A stretch of 63,236 nt of DNA, the filler included, from Octopus bimaculoides (Eukaryota), in NCBI RefSeq assembly GCF_001194135.2. It is 4 parts of 4 records of this genome, joined end to end, with 100 filler letters (N's around TTAATTAATTAA, not from the genome) between each part and the next. Parts side by side here need not be neighbours in the genome. Positions count along the whole stretch, not along the records: positions 25,905 to 55,810 come from NC_068991.1; 3 more parts are not named here. One strand, 5' to 3'. A program made the translations under genes and the position numbers. This document shows positions 28,783 through 42,169 of the stretch, piece by piece. The notes beneath the pieces were generated by a model. It was not told the origin of the DNA. It saw only the letters and a list, made by a program, of their open reading frames with translations, and did no database searches. Within the stretch, counting starts at the first letter, position 1. The number at the start of each line of letters is the position of its first letter.

Positions 28783-31700
28783 CTGTGAAAAAATAAAATA
28801 AAAAATAAAAATAGAAATATTTTTTCATAACTATTGCTGATTTGTTGAGTTAGCTACAGCAAACTGAACATTCTTCATTCAACCTTAGTCTGTAAACATT
28901 CAACATACTCCATCATACTGTTTAATTTCAGTTTGTTAGGAAAGAAGAGATTCTATCTACAAAGATGGCCTGACCAGATAGGTGAACTGTATTTTTGTGT
29001 TGAAGATCTAAGGAAAAGACTAGGGGAAATTTATCAAGGTTCAAGAATGAGAGTCTTGAAAATTGTTATATTGCAGACTCAATCAACCCATACAGTGGAA
29101 AATTGGATGGAGTATCAAACTTATGATGGTGATGAAAATAATGACTTATACATCATACCTCGAGGATACCTCGTCTTGGAGCATATATAACAAGAAACTG
29201 AGCAAGTCGCTGCATTTTCTGAGGGTTGGTACATTGGCTTTTCTCTTCTTTCACTTGCACCCAACCAACTTGAGCATCACGGTAGCCTAAATGAAAGTAA
29301 AGTAAGTAAACAATATAATACTATCATTGTACCAAATTTGTTGATTCTTACTGTTTTCTGACTGTTAACCTTGCCAATATGGTACAAAGTGCTGCTTTAA
29401 CTATGATACAATCCATACAAGCTGAATTTCTCTATGATGACATTAATAGGAAAGCCTGCATTCTCATCTTGACTTGCACATTCAGTCTTCAATAATACTG
29501 ACTAGACTTCCTCACTCAATTTCCTCTGATACATAGCATTATTATCTCTCCAACAAACACTGACCAAAGCTTTTTATGCATACTTCAAAATTGAAGCTAT
29601 TCCTAATACACTTATAAATTAATAATTGCATATATAATGGATGATTTTCAACTTGTCATTTTCTAACTGATGCAGATGTTTTTCATTCACTGCCCTTTTT
29701 CACTGTCATCACACAGCTCACACATGTCTCATTTATTCTACCTTTTGTATCGAGAGAGAAACCATTTACTGCCAATACAGGCAGTAGTTTTTAAACCTCT
29801 GTAATGAGAAACAGGGTCAAAAATTTGTTACAAACAGTATAAAACATATAAAACTTGGTAAAGTGGACTAGAGTAAAAAATAATTGAAGGTAAACATGAC
29901 AAAGGCTGAAGTACTATTAGTAATTTACAGGAGCAACAATAGCTAAGTAGCATCAGTCAATGGTCTAACTTATGAGTGAATAGGAGCTACTAAGAACTTA
30001 ATACTGAGTGCATATAAGGCAGCAAGGCTGGACAAAATGCTTAGTGGCATTTCATCCATCTTTGCCTTCTGAGTTTAAATTCTAATGAGGTTGACTTTTC
30101 CTCTCATCCTCTTGGGGGTCAGTAAAATAAGTACCAGTTGAGCATTGGGGTTGATGTAATCAACTTATCCCCTCCCCTGAAATTGTTGGCCTGGTGCCAA
30201 GATTTGAAACTAATATTGAGTGCATGTGCATGTGTGAGTGCTTCTGGGTTTTACCTAAGCATATGTATGTGTATACACACATACATATATACATACACAT
30301 AGTAAAAACATACACACATACAATCAACAAGTATATATAAATATATTTTGTGTGTTTGTGTGTGTGTTCTGTGACATTATTTCTTCTTATTTTTTTCATG
30401 AAGAACTGCTCTGGATAACTATACATTCTAAATGAGCTTCCAACACTATTTTTTCTGACATAAAGTAGGAGTGCAAAAAAAGGCCATTGAAGGTTGGTTT
30501 GTTCATTCCATGTTCATTTTTCCATGCTAACATGAGTTAGATGAATATATTATTGAGACGCCGTTTTACCAGTTTTTTTTACATAAAGGATATCTTATTT
30601 CACATGTCTATGAAAGCACAAAGAAAGTGGACAAGTGGTTGATAAGAGAAGTGACAACAATAACACTGTCTGTAGCAATTGTCATAGAGTGCACAAACAC
30701 AGATGCACACCTAGACATACACACACATATATGACAAGCTTCGTTCAGTTTCTGTCTACCAAATTCACTAGCAAGAGTGAAGACATTTGCCCAAGGTGAC
30801 ATGCAGTGGGACTGAATTTGAAACCATATAGCTGGGAAATGAAGTCTTTAATCACACCGCCATGCCTGCACTATATTCACTTCAAACCACATCCTCAAAT
30901 ATAAGCACTTCCTTGACAACAAGAGCTCATTATTAACTAAAGGCCACAATTTTTGCAACAAACTGAAAATGACAACTAAATACTGAAAAGTATTTAGTTG
31001 TGTGCTCTACTATTTTTGCTATTCCATTACCCTTACAGCAGTTAATTATTAACAAGCTTATATTCTCTATTACTTTCATGTCACCAGGGTTGTCGCTATA
31101 GTACCTGAAATATTGTACAAAACTCAACAGTATGGAATTTAGTTCAGATTAAGATAAGAAAGAATTAAGCATAAAATCAGAAAGAATCAATTCTGATAGC
31201 AGCAAGAAGTAACCTCTGAGCTGACTTGACTAATCATTATATCACCCCCACCCCCACTCCCCAAAAAAAGAAAAAAAGGAGCTAGACATCATTTTAAAAC
31301 TCTAGAGAAGACATTGTTTTACTTTATCAAAAAGACAACAAGATTAGTGGAAATAATAAGACACATTATATCTGTATTTTTCATGGTTGAAATCAGTCTG
31401 ATTACAGGTTTGGCTGACTAACACAGCTGCCACCATTGTTACCACTTGGAACTGTTTCACTCAAGCTATTAAGCTTTTCTCTCTAAATGCACTGATTTCA
31501 TAAATCAAATATTTCTATTTAGAAATTAAAATCTGATAAAGTCACATCGCCTCTTTAAATATGAAACCTGATGCCTTTGTAAAAATTCTTTTTTTTTTGT
31601 ATTCTTTATGCAAGGCAGTGAATTGGAACAGTTGTTAGAGCATTAGATAGAATAGCATTCAATGTTTGTTTTGGCTTTGTACTCTGGTGTTCAAACTCTT

Positions 31701-34700
31701 CTGAGTTCAACTTTTTCTTTCATACTTCTGGGGTCAACAAATAAAGTACCAGTCAAGCACTTGAATCAAATCTTTCTCTTGCTATCTGAATTGACTATGA
31801 TGCACGGAGAGAAGGGTTGTAGGAGACAATTCACAGTATCTTTTTTCCAGTGATGGAGAAGGAGTTGAATGAAGAGATAGCAACCTTTTATAGGAAACCT
31901 GAAATGCTACTGGCAGCAGCCAAGGACAGACTGAAGTGCTGTGCAGCATAGAATGGAAACAAAAATAAGATTCTGTATAAGAGTAGGGGAGATAGATAGA
32001 TAGATATAGAGGGAGAGAGAGACGTTCACACAGATAGAATGGAACAGTAAGAATATAAACTTTATTACATTTAAGATTCTATGAACTAACCTTTCCACAT
32101 TCGAATACCAATGCCTCGTTGTACATCAAGAAGTATCACACGTCCATAGCTATCTGTTGTAGCAGCATACTTGTTGTTAGGAGACAATACAATACTTTCT
32201 CCAATTCTTCTTTTATCTGGCAAACCAAACCTGCAAATGAAACGCAACTTGGATTACCATGTTAACTCTGTTTAACAGTTAAAAATGTAGTTGTATGTTG
32301 TATCTGTTAGATACTGCCAGCAGGAGTGGTGTGTGAAGAGGTTAATTCAACAATAGGAGCTGCAAATGAAATATTTCTCCAGAATGAAATGGAGAATAAA
32401 GATTGTAGCATTACTCAAGAAGATGGAAGAAAATAGAGAAAAAAAAAAAACACAAAGTAGAAAAGATGTTGGCAACGATGATGATGAAGACTGTAAAATA
32501 AAAAGTCACTGAATACAATATAAAGAGACTAAAAAGACAAAACAGATAAATCAGGTTGGGGGGGGGGAGTAATGGAAAATGATTCAGTATTACAATTATA
32601 AATACTATTATTTTCATTAGGTTAAGTATTTACAACATATCTCCAGTGATCTCTATCCATTGCTATATGGTATCTGAAGCAGAATTTCCAAAGATCTGAT
32701 CTAACTGCCTAGTCAAAAGTGTACTGTGATCAACAGTATGGCTAAATGCTCATTTCTATTGTCAAGCATTTTAGTGGAACAACTGATGTTTTATCTGGAC
32801 ATTACTAAAAGTTGTTTTTTCTAGATTAAACATTAATAAAATAGAATATAAATACTTTACTTTATTTAACCTGGCATTTTACTGTTTTGAGGTCAAAATT
32901 ATACCAGGATCATTTTTATATTTCATTCCACTCAAGCTGATAAAATAAGCACCAATAACATACTGGAGTTCAGTCCTTTCCAAACTAAATTTGATGTGTC
33001 TCAGTGAAAAAAAAACCCATTATATTCAAAATTATTAAGAGTGGCTACCATAGTAAAAAAAATCAATATTTTAAAAGCTAATTTAATTCTACTTTACAAT
33101 CATTGTTTTTCTATTATGATAGACAATTTCCAGAGACTTGGCAACCATAGTTAGGACTAGCTATGGCCTCTCCCAAATTATGTAATCTATGTAATGACAT
33201 ATCCAATCACTGGCACAAACAATTAAATGCACTAATAAAACACTAGATTATTAAAACAGCATAACTAAGTTTATTGTCCCTCCACTTAAAGACAAACATG
33301 AAATACAAACATGTGTAAATCAAAATTGTTTCACAATAGCCAAACATGTTGAATTGCTGATGTTAGTCATCAGATAATTCATAGATTGCATAAACCAATT
33401 GAGTTCACTTCCCTGGCCCAAATCTAAATCTCTGGACATATCAAAACATAACAGGACGCAGTGAAATCTTGACAGAGATTAGAGTATGACACATCCAGTT
33501 ATTGTTATTTAATCTCGATTCAAAGCATTCCAGTCATTATTGCCATGTCTTTTTGTATTTCTTGGACTACATTGGCTGATGTGTCCTTTCATTTTTAAAA
33601 AAAAAAAAACAGCATGGTGTGAATTAAAGAATTTGTCTGCTACTTCCAGCAAGTTGAATTACCACATAGAAGATGGCAGTTATGTGAATCACTCCAAACT
33701 AATTGTTGTTACCTTATATGTTCAAGATGTGTAGACTAGAGCTACTCAATAGCAACAATAACACATAGATATCCACATTAAAACAACCATCCAACCAATA
33801 AAAGAAAAAAGTATCAAAACAAGAAGAGCACAGAATAGTTAATCCAATTACAATAGTATTGCAGATGTTTGTTCTTAGCCTTACCTTAATGGTAGTGTGG
33901 TTGCTGGTTCAATCTTAGGTCTCCTTTTTTCTTTACTCTCAGAACCAAATCCGAGCAAACCACTGTAAAATAGAAAATTGAAACAAAAATTAAAAAGTAG
34001 AAAGTGATAAAAAGAATATAATAATAAAAGAAAATGTAATAAAAATGTAACTGAATCTAAACTATCTTTTTTGGTTGTTTAATACTGTAGTAGCATATGT
34101 AACAAATAAAATACATGATATATCTTACTTATAAGGAAGACAAGTTAGTAGCAGGTAAAAGTACATACATGGCTTCACAGTAATTCAGAATGGAAAAGAT
34201 ACAATCTAGCTTATGTATATCTCCTTCCTGGAGTTGCAGGGTGAAGGCAAGAAAAGTACTAGGAAGTGAAAACAAATAGGAAGGCATAGTCTCCAACATA
34301 TCAATTCAATTAAACTTTCTATGCGGCATTGATTTGATACTAAAGGCTCTGTACATCTATTTGAAACTATTAGCTTTGCTTAAGTGATTGGGTATGACAA
34401 TCAAAGTCATCCACTATAAATAGTAGTTGCCAGCAATAGAGTAACATATGCCAAACTGGCATATTTAGCTGGAGATTAGTCATCTGTTATAGCCATATTT
34501 CTGACAAGGGTCCTATCCTGACTCCATGTGACCCTAATTTAACAGTACCCAAGTATTCTCTGAATAAAACATCTTTTAACCATTTCCGTTTTGTGGTATA
34601 TGTGACGCTTTATTTTACCTCACCTTTCACAAGGTTGAATCTCCCAGGAAATGAAAGTCCTCTGCCAATACAACTTTTTTCAAAGATGTAAGTTCGCTTC

Positions 34701-37700
34701 TCATGACAAAATTGCCTATTGATGTGGTTGTGAATGTTAGATACAGGTGGTAAATAGGTTGCATGAAATCCTACCATGCTGCTAACATATGTATGATCCC
34801 TGACCAGGTTCTCAGAAAGCTAAGAGGAAATCTGTTGGATATAATGTTCATCTGCATTTCATTGAACCTGTTCAAAGTCATGTTCAGAGCATTGGGTAGG
34901 AATCAGATCCATTCTAAAGTGATACAATTTAAATCTATTGTTTAATAGATATTAAACAATAGTGTTTACTGCAACAGACGAATTAAGAGTCAATACTTGG
35001 ATTGAAAAACAGATGGGAAAAGTTGATAAAATGATTTTATAGAGGAGGCTAAGTAGCAATTGTGAGATCAGATGAGTATATGCTGTTACAGTAATAATGT
35101 CATTTCTTTTGAGTAAGCTTGAGACATATATTGTACAAGAGAGAGGGAGAGAGAGAGAGAGTATGTGTGCACGTTTAACCGAATTATTAATAACTATTTT
35201 AACATTTCAAAAGAAAAGAAAACTTTACTCTAGAATGATTTTGTATTGAGAAATCAGATGCCCTAAAACATCTAAACCAGTGTTCTGTCATTTGGTTATA
35301 TTATTACTCTCTTTCTATTATTGTCATAATATAAAAAGAAAAGTAAAGAACAGTTATACAGGTGGTGCAAAATAAATCATCGAGTGGATTATTGATGAAA
35401 GAAAGCAGTTTTCCAAATAAAAGGAATATTAAATGTTCAGCTACACAAAACAAAAACATTACTGTAAATGAATATCTACCTGGCAGCAGATACAAATGCA
35501 GACTTCAATTTGTGAGCAACAGCATATGCAACATCTGAGAGGATGGGTTGCATGCTTCCCTATAAATGAAAGATTAGAAAATAAGAAGTACTGTAGTTTG
35601 TTTGCTTGATTATAATTTATTTGTGTGTGTATCTGCATGTATGTGCAACAGAAAATTTCTTTTCTTTTTGTAAAACAAATAAGAGCTTAAAAATCTGATG
35701 GGATATAATAGCAAAACTTGCCAAGAATAAGGTACTGTAGCAACACAAATATAAGAACACTGATGACGAATACTTATATATTGTTACAGTTCTTTTAGGT
35801 AATGAATGACTGTTATAAGCTCTCAGCTGATCACCCTTATAAAACTGAGAAATCATACTTAGGAAAGAAACTTATATAAAATAATACCACAGAATACAAT
35901 TTTATATATGACAGAATGTAATATACTGCAAAGGAATGTTGTATAACACCATATGTATACTGTGATAGTATAAAACAATTTCATGCATTATAAATGTAAG
36001 CATGGCGGTGTGGTTGAGTAGTTTGCCATCAACCATGTGGTTTTGGGTTTAGTATGCATGCATGCATACATACACAGACACATATTTTGTATGAAAGTAT
36101 GACTAGTGGTCTCTTGAGCTTCTCCTGTCAAAAAAGAAAAATGCCTAGGCTCTTGTTGTCTTTTGAGCTATAAGGAGTAAGTGATTCCTTACTTGAATAA
36201 TAAGTAAGAGTTAGAGAATGAAAGGGCACCTGGTTGTAAAATAATGTCTGAACATATTTGTCCAAACCATGCAAGCAGAAACAGACCTAAAACTATATAT
36301 ATATATATATATAATGTGTATGTCAGATTGCTCTTGTGCTACTGGTAACGTGTAACCCAGTACAACCAGTTGTATGGTGTGGTCTTTGGTAACTAAACCA
36401 GCAACTTCACTGAGCTTGCTTGTTGAGGAAAGTGATTTTGGACATCCTACAGGATGAAAAACAAGACCCATTAAAGGGTGGAGGAACTGATGAGGGTCAA
36501 CAGTCACCCAATATAGTCAAGGGTAGATGGTGCTCACCAGTTGTAGTGAAGATAATCCATTTAGGAGAAGGAAATGACTGAAATAAAAAATATTCAGCAA
36601 GCACTTGCAACCAGCTGACCTTCAGCTATAGATATATTATATATATTGACACATACACTGCAGTGATATGTTATATAACACCCTGTGTATACTATAATAA
36701 CATGAAATACAATTTCATGTATTATCACTACTGAGTATGCATTTGATTGCAAGAAGTGCATTGTGGTCTTTGACAAGACACTTCACAAAAAGCTCTCCCA
36801 TGCATCTCATTGGTGAATAACTGTAGACTGATTCTGGATAACTTAGAATATTCCAACCCATCAAACCTTTTACATCAACCAGTCATACAAAAGCTTGTTG
36901 GCTGATGAGTTAAAGAAACTGAGGAAGCTGCTTGGCTACAACTTGATCAGTTAAGAATTTTGCTCAAATGGAGGATACTTCACAAAATAATTTTAGCAAC
37001 AATTCAATTTCACAGCTGAGTTGTGGGGAACTTTAAGAATTTATAATGATGTCTAACCCCAGATGAATCAAAATAGAAAATATTATAAATGGAAGAAAAA
37101 AAATGATAGAATCAAATGGATTAGAAAATACAAATAGAACAGAAAGGTTATCAGATATCATAAAAGAATCTTACTTCCTCAGCATAGAAAAAGCCAACAC
37201 ATGGAAAACTTCCGGATGTGATATAAAGAGATGTAGCAGGTGGTGAGAGACGAACAGCAGAATAAAATCCTTTCACATTTGATGCAATTGTCATTTGACT
37301 AAAAGCACTAGGGCTGCATATACCTGATAACACAAGAAAAAAGAAACTTTCAGTTTAAACAAATATGTGAAACGTGTGTATTTTGTAGGAGATGGTAGTT
37401 TTCTACAGGATTTGAATATACTCTACTGTGTAGTATTTTAAGTTTTATCATGTTTGAGGAAGTACATTGTGGAGAACACAGGAAGAACTTTCTTAGATTG
37501 AAAGGGAAGAGAAAACAGTCATTATCCATAAAGTGAACAATTTGGTATATTGGATAAAGAAATTAGAAAAAGAAACTCGATAGAGATAGCGAAATGGTTA
37601 TTCAGAAATGGTTAATCCATTTATTCTCTTCAGACATACTATTCAGCCTTTGCTTTTTCCTCTATTACTGTAAAGATCCCTGGTTTGCTGAATTTACTAG

Positions 37701-40700
37701 TGGCACACAGACTGAGATGCACACAATTTGTATCAACTTTTTTATATGCCATCAGCTACACTGCCTTTGTTTGACTCACACTAAACAATATAAAAATTCT
37801 TTCACCTCACAAAATAATCTTCAATTCTCAATTTTTTTTCATTCATGTATTGCCCATTTTTACTATCCTTCAGGTTATTCTCAAAGACATTATCATCACC
37901 ACTTAACATCTGTTTTCCATGCTGGTATGGGGTGGACAGTTTGATAGAAGCTGACCAGCTGAAGGGCTGTGCAGGCCCATGTCGGTTTTGGATGGTCTCT
38001 ACAGCTGGATACCCTTCCTAACACCAACCACTTTATGGATGTTTGTACGCAGCACCAGTATAGGTGCCCTTTATGTAGCAATAGCACTTACGAGCCTGCA
38101 AGATTAGGGATGCTCAGCTGGAGAGGGTCGCAAGGGCAATCATGCTTTTACTTAGTTTGGCATGTCTTTTCAAGCATGGCAAACTGCCAGGATTCTCAGT
38201 CCCCTGTCAATCTCTCTGTGAGTCCCAAGATTTGTAAGTTCTTCTTCACCCCTTTGTCCCACATCTTGCTGGGTCTACCCCTTCCACAGGTTCCCACTAC
38301 AAATAGAGATCGGCATTTCTTGATGCAACTGTCCTCATTCATATGCATATACATATACTTTAGAAAGAACATACTGTACCTTTTGGCTTCAAAGTTTGCT
38401 AAATATTATCCCTATACTTTTCCCTTTCTAACAACCTGATACAAAAAGTGTTTTTTTTTTCCTTAATAAGCATCAAAGAAAAACTATTTTACAGTAAAAA
38501 CACAAAATAACAGCAGGCATCATGCAGGGTTTTACTATAACAGCAAAATTTGATGAAAACAGATTAGGAAGTGCCAATCATTGGATACTGTAACACATCA
38601 GATCTATCCTTTTACTACCTCAACCATCTACATTACCAATGAAAAGGCAACAGTAAAATACAATTAAAACTTTAAAAAAATACATTTTTATTTACCTCTG
38701 CTGCACTGGTCAAAAATTTGGTCTTGGTCTTGGAAAGCCCATTTTTTGTATGCTAAAGGTGGAGCTTGCAGGAATGACTCACTATGACTAGCAGCAGCTG
38801 AAGAAGACATATTCATATTTAACCCTTTAGCAAAGTGTTGCCAACTTTAACTCACAATTTTTTGCTAAATTTCAGTAGAAAAAATACCAAAAAAATGCTA
38901 AGTAAGAAAAAACAAAAATGCTAAAGACAAATTATATCAAAAAGCTTAATTTTTATTTCCATTTTTATTTACTTTCTTTAATTATATTCAGCATTGAGAA
39001 ATAATTTCTTGAATTTTACTGATTTGATCACTTTCAGCTGCAGTGCCTAGGTCTTGACTTCTGTATACATTCAAGGTCCCTATCTTGTTAATTATGTGTT
39101 TTGGAATATCAAAGTTTTTGCAACATTTGCCATATCTTTTCAGGCCATATTTTATAGACAGTATTGGTCTAAGCATAGGAAGATGCATTTTGTTTTTCAA
39201 TTTTGATTTGATTACACCCATACTACTGAACAACTGTTCAACCTCTGCATTTGAGTTTGGCAATGTCAATAGATTAATGGCAAAATTTGCAACATCTCTA
39301 AAAGGATTTCCTCCAGTAGCATCTTTACATTCCAAGACTTCCAGCCAGAATGCCTCAGTATTGGTCGCATTTTTCCATTTAACTAAATGAATGCTATTTA
39401 ACTGATTTTCAATTGAAGCAATTTTTTTCTTCATTTAAATGCATTGCTTCTAAGACAGGTAAAATTGGCTCTTTGAAATGCTGCAAAATATTCTCTACTG
39501 AAAACATTTGATATTCCTCAGTATATTAATATTTTCTGGCAAACGGTGCCTGAGCTCTTTATAAAGGCAGAGTAAAAATTGTTGTGCTCTTTTGCGAATA
39601 TTATTTTCTTTGGTGGCTGTTACAGTTTTCTTGATAATCATTTCTGCTATCTTTCTCTCAAACCTGTAGCCTAAATTTGGTTTAGGATCCAGAAATTTTT
39701 CAATAGAAGCATGAGGATCAAGAGCATCAATTCTACATGTTGGCAAGCAACAGATTTGATCATATTAGCAACAGATTTGAAAGATCTTCAAGTAATTTTG
39801 TTTTGTTGACAGTGTTTGATTCAAACAGTTTATTCACTTCCTGAACATGTTTTAAAATTGGATGCAAAAATAAAAGGTAAAATTCATTCCTAGAATCAAA
39901 ACATTTCATGTAACATTTGTGCTGTAAAGCATTTTTCTTTTGTAGTTGTAGTTTGGAAGTGAGTTTGCAATTCAAACCATTGGCTTAAAATTCTATTTGA
40001 AGCTGGTTCTGTTGACAGCCACCTAGTTGTACAAGAATTCACAATCTTCAAAGGCTCTTTATCATTGATAGCAAGGTAAAGTTGTTTGTAGGCACTTTGT
40101 CTTGCTGAAGAATGTGAGAACCATTTATAGGTTTTGGATACTAAAAATTCTGAATTTATGGGCAGGTATTAAGTACAAGTGTAGGATACCGCCAACTGTA
40201 AAGAATGACATACACATCTAAATAGAAGTAATGATGGAACTTCTTTTCATTTCTGGAAAACACAATTGTTGACTCCTATCATTACTCTAGCATTGTCGGT
40301 TCCTATAGCCAGTAAATTTTTATATCTAATTTCTTTTTTGCTAATTCAATTTTTAAGGCATCTACAATGTCATTTGCATCACACGTTTCTAAAGATACCA
40401 TACTGAGATATGTACCACTTTTTTGCGAGTGTCACTCTAATATATGATAACAGGCTAAATTTTCTATCTCCTATATCAGAAATCAAATTTCCATCAAAAT
40501 ATGGAGATAGAACATTTCTCACAACATTTGCACATTTTGTATGATGCAACTTCACTTTGGTTATAATATCACTATCAGACATATAATTCTTACATAACTC
40601 TATTAAGTGATCACAGCTATTAAATGATGAGTGGCGACAAATAAACATTGCTAAATTTGCTTCAAGCATAGATGTCTTATCATTTTTGGTTTCAATAAAA

Positions 40701-42122
40701 TTGGCAAGAGGAATCATTTGTTGTGGAGTTGATGTCATGTTTCTTTGCTTTACAGTGGCTTACTAGAAAGAGAGTATTTTGCCAACATATTACATCTACA
40801 ATATCTGCAATGTGCTTTAGATTGGTCACTAGGTACTTCACACAACCACTTAGTAAACGCTGGCATCTTAAGCCATTCCTTTCAGAATTTTTGCTGGTAC
40901 AACTTTGTTTTTTCTCTGCTCATTATAATGTAGTGGAAAGCAAGAAAATAAATTGAATGATAAATAAAAATATAAAATTGAAAACACAAATTATCAGTTT
41001 GCCACTAACAATTCTTTCATTCGCCGTTAACAATTCTTATGTTTGCTGCTTACAAATTCTTGAGGTGAAGAATACTAATTCAGGATGCAGGGTGGCCAAC
41101 TTATAAATGGAAAAGTAAAATATGCAGAAATCCTAAAACTGTGTTCTGATATAAACCTGGGAACATCATATTTCGCTTCCAGTCTTACATTTAATATTTA
41201 TTGGTAAAACCACAAATATAACTACAATACTTGAAAAAAAAAAGTAAGTTGAAATATAAAGGAGGAGACCCTGCCACCCCCGTACTTCTACACAAGATAT
41301 ATAATCCAAAACAAGAATGAAATGACACAGGCCTATTTTAAAACAGTCAAACTGAACGTAAATCAGTCAATCTGTCATGATAAAACTCATCACAACAGAA
41401 TAAAGCATTGTTAGGACAAATTTCCAAGCTTTCATTCTTTGGAACATATTTACATTATTGTGCAGTGAGTTACCTTTTCCCCTCTCGCCCCACCAGCACC
41501 ACTCCGTATTCAAATGGAGAGAGGGGGTTGGAAAAGTTCATAACTTGATAAACTTTAATTTGATGTTTCATGAAAGTGAAACAAAAATTCAACACTAGCT
41601 GATAATACTAAAATTTGGCTGTAAGATACATTAACAAAAGTAGAAAAGGAGGAAAAAGAAGGAAAAAGAGTAACTATTGTGGAAATGTCATGATCAGAGA
41701 AAAATGCTAAATAAAATTTTAAACCTGTTATTTTCCCTGCTAAATGCTAGATTCAAAAATTTTCTGCTAAATGCTGAAAAAAAAATGCTAGATCTCGCAT
41801 AAAATATGCTAAATCGGCAACCCTGTTTAGCATTCAAGTTACTCTGTCAAAGGCTATGCTTATTTATTCACCTTGTTTTGAATAAATTATGTATTATTGT
41901 TTAGCTTTGAGATTTTGATGATGTGATTGTTTATTTTTAGAATAATACTGCAGAGTAGGTGTGAGAGGCTAGATCTGGCCAGTTTGAAAAGAAAATAGGT
42001 AGAATACTTGAGCCTGATATGGCTGGTTTAAATACAAAAGGATTAAAGTTGTAAGGTTAAAAATATGATAGTATGGCTAATAATAATAAGATTAGCAACA
42101 GATGTATAGTGATGTGTGTGTG

Positions 42123-42169
<47 letters not shown>

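Noticed and set aside
36485-36525. CTGATGA-GGGT..ACCC-AATATAGTC, hammerhead-like
   Set aside because: The GAAA box is broken and there is no stem I complementarity.
41087-41282. Possible small hAT MITE nested in the hAT (CAGGGTGGCCAAC...CTGCCACCCCCG)
   Set aside because: The right TIR is poor and there is no matching TSD; left unresolved.
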